From: Candidatus Heimdallarchaeota archaeon
GTDB taxonomy: Archaea > Asgardarchaeota > Heimdallarchaeia > Hodarchaeales > Hodarchaeaceae
Direction of reading: 5' to 3'
Assembly: GCA_019057635.1 (NCBI GenBank)
Contig: DXJL01000199.1
Span: 1-51,776, forward strand
DNA length: 51,776 bases
Position 1 is the first letter of the stretch. Each line of letters begins with the position of its first letter. Position numbers and translations under genes: made by a program. Below, one piece after another: positions 29,019-36,738 of this stretch. The notes below the pieces were generated by a model, which did no database searches, was not told the DNA's origin, and saw only the letters and a list, made by a program, of their open reading frames with translations.

Positions 29019-29801
29019 GTGCGATTTAAATTATGCGTACTTGCGGGATCAAGCAAAGGCAATTCGATTTTTCTTAAAATAGATGATGAACGATTCTTAA
29101 TTGATGCAGGAATATCCAATCGCAAAATTGAGAAGGCATTAAAGGATATCAATGAACCCAATCCATCTCACCTTACTGGGATTATAATAACACATGAACA
29201 TTCAGATCACATCAAAGGTTTGAAAACTCTTGCTAAGAAATACCAAATCAAAAGCTGGTTAACGTATGATACATATAAGAAAATTCGTCCCAAAACAGGG
29301 CCTATTGATACAGAATTTATTGAGGTAGCCGAATCATTTTCTATTGGCAGTGTTAATTTTATACCTTACGAAATACCCCATGATGCAGTAGATCCTGTTG
29401 CTTATGTAATCACAAAAGAGAAGTTAAGAATTGGCATCTTATTAGACTGCGGGAAGACTTCTACCTATTTATTCGATGGATTTCGCAATTTAGATGTGCT
29501 GATTATTGAAGCGAATCACTCGTTTGATCAATTACTCAGTAGTACTTATTCGGATGTTCTAAAAACACGAATTTTGAGTTCTGAGGGGCATTTATCTAAT
29601 TGGCATGCTGCTGAGTTCATTATTAATGCAACGCCGAAAGTAGTAGTTATCACACATATTTCAGAAAATAATAATAGCGCTGAGCTTGCGTTATCTGAAA
29701 TTGAAAGTATTTTAGCTCTTAATACAGAAAATTATATGCCATTTATTGTTATTGTTCCCTCTAACGAAAGAGGAGCAATTATTTCACTTGAAGAAGAATA
29801 A
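29019..29801 (+). CDS. MBL-fold hydrolase, YycJ/WalJ-like (second paralog)
   Basis: GSSKGN, IDAG, THEHSDH, PHDA, EANH, GHLSN and HISE.NN motifs. Confidence 0.9.
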   Translation: MRFKLCVLAGSSKGNSIFLKIDDERFLIDAGISNRKIEKALKDINEPNPSHLTGIIITHEHSDHIKGLKTLAKKYQIKSWLTYDTYKKIRPKTGPIDTEFIEVAESFSIGSVNFIPYEIPHDAVDPVAYVITKEKLRIGILLDCGKTSTYLFDGFRNLDVLIIEANHSFDQLLSSTYSDVLKTRILSSEGHLSNWHAAEFIINATPKVVVITHISENNNSAELALSEIESILALNTENYMPFIVIVPSNERGAIISLEEE

Positions 29802-29834
29802 AAATTAGTCCTCTTTAAAGAAGGGGTTTTTCTT

Positions 29835-30313
29835 CTAATTAGGGGATCTGATAAAGACACCCTTAACTTTGTTGCCCCAATCAATGAAAGTAGATCGCAT
29901 TAGGTATGAACATGGAAATAATCCCCAGCATATTAGGAACATGATTCCAACGGGAACAGCACGAACATCAATGGCATTTCCACCAGTAAAGACATCAACC
30001 TGTAATGGAATTAAAATTGTTAAGGCAAAGAAGCCAGTAAGTAACAACAAGGAGCTAAATAAGGCAAGAAATACATTTGTTGGTAATCAGTCAATTTGAG
30101 TAGGTCCTAAACCTTCAGAAAATAATCCAAGACTTGGACTGCCGAGAAAGGTACCTGTCAGTAGATCTTCCATATCGAGTTCAAAAGACATTTTGTAGAT
30201 GACGAGGATTCCTGAATCAATGAAGAAAAGAATCTCTGCAATAACATAATTGAAAAGTAGTCTTACGAGTGTAGAGTCACGTTTAAATTCTAAGAAAGAG
30301 TCTCCTGTAAAAT
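29835..30313 (-). pseudogene. Degraded membrane protein gene
   Basis: The hydrophobic ORF 29835..30050 extends upstream through an in-frame TGA at 30087-30089; a second hydrophobic frame lies further upstream with no clean start. Confidence 0.35.
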
Positions 30314-30454
30314 TTTATTATGAAATTGAACCTATTTCAAAGCTTTAAAATATTTTCCCCAATACAATTTCTGTACGGATTACCTCCCAATTTTATCGCA
30401 AATAATGAGTTGTTAATAATTCTTGCAGGATTTGCTTTAAAAAAAGAAAAGAGA

Positions 30455-30853
30455 TTACGGATCAAATACAGTCGTAGAGAATTGCTGTCGGTACATACTT
30501 TGGATGCTAACAAGTTCTCCTTTAGTAAGAGTAAGAATCCCCAATTTTTCTGCCAATTCACGTGCAGTGCTTGAGAATTGGTTGGCCACAACCATTACTC
30601 GATTTAAACTAGGAGTATTTGTTTGTAATCGTTCTGCTTCCAAAATGCAATTATAACCACAACTTCTTGACCAATCTTTAACAACAACCCCAATATTTCC
30701 TCCCAGGCTCACGTGTGGGTCGGTACTTCCATGAACAAGATATGAAAACGATACATCCTTGTCATTTTTTCCTCTTATACAAACATTTTCATGAAATTGA
30801 AATTTCCGAAATCCCAAAAAAGCCTGAACAAGCCCATCTAATTCTTGAACCAT
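30455..30853 (-). CDS. Mrr_cat/restriction-endonuclease-fold protein with a degenerate active site
   Basis: IRGK....SFSYLV...GVVVKDW.R..G..........VMVVANQFSSTARELAEKLGI.TL pattern; Ser and Val occupy the expected catalytic D and E/Q positions. Confidence 0.65.
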   Translation of the reverse strand: MVQELDGLVQAFLGFRKFQFHENVCIRGKNDKDVSFSYLVHGSTDPHVSLGGNIGVVVKDWSRSCGYNCILEAERLQTNTPSLNRVMVVANQFSSTARELAEKLGILTLTKGELVSIQSMYRQQFSTTVFDP

Positions 30854-31088
30854 AATTTTCTCAAACCCATCAACAATCCGTTGTAAATTTAAAGAGAAAA
30901 TTAGCCTTTAAAAGCCTTTATCTTCGTACTACTTAGGGTATTACGACCCTCGTCGTCAAACACAGGCAAACTATTCTATTTAGTTTTTAAGTCGGCTTAA
31001 GTGTTAAAAATGGTTAGAAATTTCTGATTATGTTGTAATTTATTTTAAAATCTTGTTAAAGATGACAGATAAAAGATGCCAACATTTA

Positions 31089-31331
31089 CTAGGCCTTAGA
31101 GTTTAATGGAGATCCACACATGAAACAAACAGTATGAATTGTCGATTCTGGGTATTTTTCACCACGAACAGGGCAAATCTTGAGCGGTATGTCGGTCGGA
31201 CTATTAATAGTTCCTGCAGAACCTATATGTTGATGAGGTTTAACGGTTGGTGGATTAGCAGAGTATATTTCCCAATTACGTTCCATGATTCTGTAAATAA
31301 ATCCTCCTATCCCTGTAAATCCAAGAAACAA
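31089..31331 (-). pseudogene. Fragment of a membrane protein with a C-terminal zinc ribbon
   Basis: Starts mid hydrophobic segment with a stop shortly upstream; KICPVRG...VCFMCG has one Cys position replaced by Arg. Confidence 0.4.
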
Positions 31332-31499
31332 GAATAAGTGTCCGCTTATCTCAATCGAAGAAATCGTTCAAACGGAGTTTTTACTTCATATACTGTTAGG
31401 ATTGAAGGTTCAATTATTTTTAGATACGAAACAAAAAAGTATTTGTCCTTCCAAACTTTTAAAATTCTACTTTGTACCAATTCTAAATCGTGAGTATTT

Positions 31500-32090
31500 A
31501 TGAAAAAAACGTATTATAATTTACTACAAGGATTTGTTGGCGAGAGCCAGGCACGAAATAGGTATACTTTCTATGCAAAAATTGCTAAAAAAGAAGGGTT
31601 CCCTCAAATACAAAGAATATTCCTTGAAACAGCTGAACAAGAGAGACAGCATGCATCGTGGTTCTTTAAAATGGCTCAAATGTTGAAAAAGAAAATTGAT
31701 GATAAATCTCTTGATGAATCAAAACTTGATGAAGTAGTGGTTCCAACTGTGTTTGGTGATACTATAGAAAATTTAAAAGCAGCAGCTGCAGGTGAACACT
31801 ATGAGACCACCACAATGTACCCTGGTTTTGCTGATATTGCGGAAGAGGAAGGATTACCCGATATTGCCAAACGTATTAGGGCAATAGCTATTGCTGAAGC
31901 ACATCATGAAGAGAGATATGTAAAATTGCTTGACCAGCTCAAAGGTAAAACACTTTATAAAAAAGAAAAGAAGATTTACTGGTACTGTGCCGAATGTGGA
32001 TATATGCATGAGGGAACCGAACCACCAGAGATCTGTCCAGCTTGCAGTCATCCCAGAAAATATTTCTATCGTGCGTGTGAAGAATACTAA
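31500..32090 (+). CDS. rbr: Rubrerythrin
   Basis: [11 protein letters not shown] di-iron motifs, GEHYE, MYP and a C-terminal rubredoxin domain CAECG...CPAC.HP. Confidence 0.95.
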   Translation: MKKTYYNLLQGFVGESQARNRYTFYAKIAKKEGFPQIQRIFLETAEQERQHASWFFKMAQMLKKKIDDKSLDESKLDEVVVPTVFGDTIENLKAAAAGEHYETTTMYPGFADIAEEEGLPDIAKRIRAIAIAEAHHEERYVKLLDQLKGKTLYKKEKKIYWYCAECGYMHEGTEPPEICPACSHPRKYFYRACEEY

Positions 32091-32119
32091 CACACACAAC
32101 CCCTTTTTTTCTTTAAGGA

Positions 32120-33538
32120 CTAGATAGATTCAAATAAAGATTCGATACCAGGTTCAATACCCTGCAATAAACTAAAACCGAATCGTGTTTCACGATTAGT
32201 AATTTCTCCAACGAAATTTGTCTGCATTAGAGTCTTTACCTCTTCAAGACTTGACGGAGGGAATCCAGTATGTCCCAAAACATAAGCCAATTTAGGGTAG
32301 GCTGCTTCAGGCAGCATATTTCCTCCTTCAATAACACCCCGAGCTAACATTTCTCTTCCTGTTTCATACACACGTAAATGAGCAAATCCATAGAGAGGTT
32401 GAACGACCATTACGATCGGGATACATTCTTCTTGCGCTCGTTCTAAAGCTGGATAGAAGTCAGAACTCACATGGCCAAGACCAGTTCCTATCATAACTAC
32501 TCCATGATATCCTAAATCTATTACTGAATGGAGCATGTCGGGATTCATACCTGGGTAAAAGTATAAGATAGCCACTTTTTCATCGATTTGCGCATCTAAA
32601 CGGAAATCCTCATGCTTCGCACGACATTTGACAGGGGAAAAGTATGAAATTTCTTGGGTTTGCCAATCGATTTTTCCAACCGGAGGAACTGATAAACTGC
32701 GAAATGTATCTCGTCTACTACTATGCATCTTTCTAACTCGAGTCGGACGATGTAAATAATCCGCTTTATGGCTAGTTGAACCCATCATAGAAATTAGTAC
32801 TTCACCTATGTCTGCATAACCGGCAACCGTTGCTGCGTTTAACAAATTGATTGCAGCGTCACTAGACGGACGATCTGAGGATCGTTGAGAACCCAGTATT
32901 ATCACTGGAATCGGTAGATTATGCAAAAAGTACGATAGTGCAGACCCAGTATAGGCCATAGTATCTGTCCCATGTCCAATTATGATTCCATCAGCCCTGC
33001 TGTCCACTTCCTTTGCTATTTCTTCAGCAGTCTTAACCCAAAATTCAGGCTTGAAATTTTCAGAGAGAATTTCAAAAAGAGTTCTTGGAGTTAAATTAAC
33101 ACGAGATTGAATTTCAGGAACTGCAGCAAATAATTCTTCAGGAGTAAAAGCTGGGAGTACAGCCCCGGTTCGATAATCTAGTCTACTGGCTACCGTACCA
33201 CCAGTACCTAGTAGAACTACATCGGGAAGAGATTCCTTACGTTTCACATTTATGGCAGGTAATCGGTAATTACCTTTTGAATAGCCAAGATGTTGAAAAA
33301 TTGTTTTTTCGGTTATTTCTATTCCAATGTTATATCCAGTATCCAACACTCTCAAAGTGATAAAATTTGGAGCGGTAAAAGCTGATCTAGGTAATAATAT
33401 TCCCTGAAAATGGGCTCCATTTTCTTTTGTAACAACAATTTCGGACCATACTTTTATTTTCTCTCTTAACAAGATCTCATGTATTTTACCTTTATATCCA
33501 GGTAAAGTATCATCATCTTCGTCCATATTACTAATCAC
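32120..33538 (-). CDS. gatD: Glu-tRNA(Gln) amidotransferase subunit D
   Basis: GYNIG, GTGGTVASRLDYRTGAV, HGTDT, GSQRSSDRPSSD, RKMHSSRRD and GTGLGH motifs. Confidence 0.96.
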   Translation of the reverse strand: MISNMDEDDDTLPGYKGKIHEILLREKIKVWSEIVVTKENGAHFQGILLPRSAFTAPNFITLRVLDTGYNIGIEITEKTIFQHLGYSKGNYRLPAINVKRKESLPDVVLLGTGGTVASRLDYRTGAVLPAFTPEELFAAVPEIQSRVNLTPRTLFEILSENFKPEFWVKTAEEIAKEVDSRADGIIIGHGTDTMAYTGSALSYFLHNLPIPVIILGSQRSSDRPSSDAAINLLNAATVAGYADIGEVLISMMGSTSHKADYLHRPTRVRKMHSSRRDTFRSLSVPPVGKIDWQTQEISYFSPVKCRAKHEDFRLDAQIDEKVAILYFYPGMNPDMLHSVIDLGYHGVVMIGTGLGHVSSDFYPALERAQEECIPIVMVVQPLYGFAHLRVYETGREMLARGVIEGGNMLPEAAYPKLAYVLGHTGFPPSSLEEVKTLMQTNFVGEITNRETRFGFSLLQGIEPGIESLFESI

Positions 33539-35474
33539 CGATTTTTCCTTCTTTGAGAAGGGTGGAAAGAATTTGCTCGCTAGTCAACATAGGAAAATGC
33601 GCTTTTAGAATTCCAAACAGCTTATCTAGGGTAATATTATTAGGTTGCTTTTCTGAATCTGCAATTACGACTTTTATTCGTCGGTACATATCATCGTCTA
33701 TATTTGTTCTCTCTAGTAGTCGTGTCTCTCTACTATATACACCTGAACTATCAATTTCAATTAGAATTGCTTCTAGAAAATCTTTAGATATTTGGTTTGT
33801 TATCAAATCTGTCAATAATTGTTTGTAGATCTGACTATTCGTTTCTTTGTTAAGCTGATGCTTTTTTATATAGTGAGAAGCCTGTTGTATTAATCCTAAC
33901 AACTTTCTACAGGACTCTGGGTATTTTAGAATGATAAATGAAAACTCAGGATAGAAATTTACTTTTTCAATAAAAATTAATTCCCTTACTGAAATAGGAA
34001 ATTTCGAGGATATATCCCAAGGAGGAATAATGTCAGGGGGAAGCAGTTCGGAGTAATCTAAAGAAATAGAAACAGGAGGAGTATCAGTATCGGAATACAT
34101 TCTATCTTTTCCATGGATAACTCGTAAAAATTCACTATTGTGGGTGTTAGGGTTAATTCGTCTTGTTTCTTCTGGTATACCGTTCAGAGCCTTATTCATA
34201 CGTTCAATTGTTCTTGATAATGCATGAATTACGCTTTTTTGAGATCCACAGATCACGACATAACTGTCATTATTTTTTAGATTAAGAATCTCTCGGACAC
34301 GGTTGCTGTTCAACCACTGTTGAGGAGTGTCAGATTGGCTCATTTTGTCCATTGACAATCCTGTGATCAATTCTATCCGATCAAAAAGTTCTTCTGAAAA
34401 TAGCTTTCCTGGTTGCACGTCTATCAAGAATATACCTTTACATTTAGGTAATCTAACAGCTAAACCTACTTCATTCTCACCGAGATTAGTAATCGCAGAA
34501 GAGACATCAATATAATTTGCTTGGAAATCAGATTTTTTGATTCCTCTATCTCTTAATTCTCTCATAAGATCAAGTAGCGCCAATTGGCGAGTAATCTCAT
34601 GATCACAGTATTGAGGTAGATCATTTATGTCCTGAATTCCTTTTAATTCAACTCGTGCTCCACCAGTTATTGAAATGTTAACATCTTGACGAACAGACCC
34701 AATCCCTCTTCGTGCAATCCCCAATACTCTAAGTCCCAGACCAAGCAGTAATCCTATATTCTGTAAAGCAAAAGGATCTTGACAATCTAAATGATTCGTA
34801 ATAATTTCTGTTAAAGGAATTCCTAACCGATCAAGATTATAATAAACAGTACGAGACGCTCTATCATGGAAGTTTACTCTTCGTGCAGCATCCTCTTCTA
34901 TTAATACATTATTAATTCTTATTTTTTTGTCTTGGAAATTTATGAATCCATCACGAGCAATAATTGTGGTACGTTGAAAACCTGTTGTAATAGAACCATC
35001 TAAATATTGTTTACGATTAAAAATGACCTCGTTAACAGGGGATTCACAATTCAAAAATCTAGCAAGCATAAATCCTTTGGTTATGGTTTCATTGCAGGGA
35101 GAAAATGGCGGGGTCTCATCCATCTCGTAGGTGCAAATATTATTGCCATAAGTTTCATAGATTACACGGTAGTGCTTCTCAAACTCGACAAGCATCCCTG
35201 CATCGAAATCTCCGAGTTCCCCAAGCACAGGTCTAAAGTAACGTTCAAAATGATAATCACTGTAGGCTGTCGAAGGTACTAATTCGGGAGGACAATGGCA
35301 AAATAATTTTCGTTCGGACTGTAATTGTGCATGTATTTCTAAACCTGCACAAAAACCTAGTTCTTCATAATTATAATTGAAAGACTTTACTAACGGGGCT
35401 TGCACTATCTGTCCTACCCAATTTTTGTACATTTTTAATATCGGATTGCTACTGATTACCTGTAGCAAAATCAA
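33531..35474 (-). CDS. gatE: Glu-tRNA(Gln) amidotransferase subunit E (true start probably near 35405)
   Basis: GLEIHAQL, KLFCHC, DETPP, DGSITTGFQRT, EEDAAR, LDRLGIPL.EI, RGIGSVRQDVNISI, PEETR and RMY.DTD.P; overlaps gatD. Confidence 0.95.
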   Translation of the reverse strand: MILLQVISSNPILKMYKNWVGQIVQAPLVKSFNYNYEELGFCAGLEIHAQLQSERKLFCHCPPELVPSTAYSDYHFERYFRPVLGELGDFDAGMLVEFEKHYRVIYETYGNNICTYEMDETPPFSPCNETITKGFMLARFLNCESPVNEVIFNRKQYLDGSITTGFQRTTIIARDGFINFQDKKIRINNVLIEEDAARRVNFHDRASRTVYYNLDRLGIPLTEIITNHLDCQDPFALQNIGLLLGLGLRVLGIARRGIGSVRQDVNISITGGARVELKGIQDINDLPQYCDHEITRQLALLDLMRELRDRGIKKSDFQANYIDVSSAITNLGENEVGLAVRLPKCKGIFLIDVQPGKLFSEELFDRIELITGLSMDKMSQSDTPQQWLNSNRVREILNLKNNDSYVVICGSQKSVIHALSRTIERMNKALNGIPEETRRINPNTHNSEFLRVIHGKDRMYSDTDTPPVSISLDYSELLPPDIIPPWDISSKFPISVRELIFIEKVNFYPEFSFIILKYPESCRKLLGLIQQASHYIKKHQLNKETNSQIYKQLLTDLITNQISKDFLEAILIEIDSSGVYSRETRLLERTNIDDDMYRRIKVVIADSEKQPNNITLDKLFGILKAHFPMLTSEQILSTLLKEGKIGD

Positions 35475-35625
35475 ACTTGGTTTTTCTGAATAAAAGCATA
35501 TAAAATTAAGCTTTTAAATCCATGAATATATCCTTCAATCAGATACTTACATCTTTCAATATTCTCAATCTTTTTACTTAAGATTTACAGCATAATATGT
35601 TCTGTCTCGGGAGATACACTTAATA

Positions 35626-36726
35626 ATGCCCAAAAGGAAACAACAGTCTATTCATTTAGCTTTTACAACTGCGGAGTGTAGACGAATAATTAAAAAAACG
35701 GGGATAAAACGTGTATCACAGAATGCCGCTGTAGCCTTAAATAAACTACTCACATACAAAGCTAGAGAAATAGCTGCTGGAGCAGTTGCCAGAAGTAGTG
35801 AAAGAAATACTCAAACTGTTTCAGCTGATGACATTACTTATGCAGTTCGTATGGGATCTCCCGTAACAGGATATGAAGTTGATAGTACAGCTCCTGTGGT
35901 GCATTATGTTTGGTTTATATCGTCTGCTGGTACCTGCTTGCTTTCTCGCTCATATTCTGGATTAAAATTTCCTGATACTATTTTTGCTGGTCTGGTAACT
36001 GGTATAGTTGATTTGCTGGCTGAGGTTACTGGAAGATTGCTTGATAAAATTACTACCGACGAATTAGTAATTCATATCCGTAGAATAGGAGAAATGACTG
36101 TAGCAGTTATTTGTGATAGTGAACAAACCGAACCCATTGATGAATTAACGGATTTACTTGCTCGTCGATTTTCAGACGTTTTTAATGAAGAAATTAACCA
36201 AGAAGTAATAGATGTGGGAATATTTGAAGATTTTACACCAGTTTTAGACGCTTTAGTTTCTGGTGCAGGATTGAACATCCCCAAAGGAAGACTGAAAGTA
36301 ATAGGTGAGCAGCAACTACGTCTTACAGATAAACAACTTGAAGAAACTGTCGATGCTGCTGCTTTAAGGCAAGAACTACGTCGTGCGCACGAATCCATCC
36401 AAGATTTCGGATTATTCAGGAAAGAAGTGAACGAAGAAGATTTAACGACGACTGATGTTGATTTGGATTTTGATGAGTCACCAGATGTGTCTGAAATAAA
36501 AGCTGTATTACGTCAAGCGTCGAAAGATATTCGACAAGAGATACAATCCAATGACACTCCAGAAGATCACGAACTACCAAGTACAGAACAGATAACATCG
36601 AAAGACATTAGAGAAGAAGTGGCGAAGGATTTATCTGAAATTATTCACCTGGAAAGCGAAGAACAGGTGATCAAAAAACCAACAAAGAAGAAGAAGAGAA
36701 AAAAGTCACGAAAAAGACGTAAATAG
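35626..36726 (+). CDS. Histone-fold / longin-like domain fusion protein with an acidic region and a polybasic tail
   Basis: aa ~11-75 RRIIKKTGIKRVS...REIA..AV...TVSADDITYAVR (histone fold); aa ~91-211 VHYVWFISSAGTCLLSRSY...IFAGLVTGI...VAVICD...RRFSDVF...FEDF..LDALV (longin pattern); ends KKPTKKKKRKKSRKRRK. Confidence 0.82.
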   Translation: MPKRKQQSIHLAFTTAECRRIIKKTGIKRVSQNAAVALNKLLTYKAREIAAGAVARSSERNTQTVSADDITYAVRMGSPVTGYEVDSTAPVVHYVWFISSAGTCLLSRSYSGLKFPDTIFAGLVTGIVDLLAEVTGRLLDKITTDELVIHIRRIGEMTVAVICDSEQTEPIDELTDLLARRFSDVFNEEINQEVIDVGIFEDFTPVLDALVSGAGLNIPKGRLKVIGEQQLRLTDKQLEETVDAAALRQELRRAHESIQDFGLFRKEVNEEDLTTTDVDLDFDESPDVSEIKAVLRQASKDIRQEIQSNDTPEDHELPSTEQITSKDIREEVAKDLSEIIHLESEEQVIKKPTKKKKRKKSRKRRK

Positions 36727-36738
36727 AATTCAGTACGT

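Noticed and set aside
5986-30089. Genome-wide TGA reassignment suggested by in-frame TGAs at 5986 and 30087
   Set aside because: TGA ends apparently complete genes in this window (2535, 8041, 17941, 26705) and all other long ORFs are free of internal TGA
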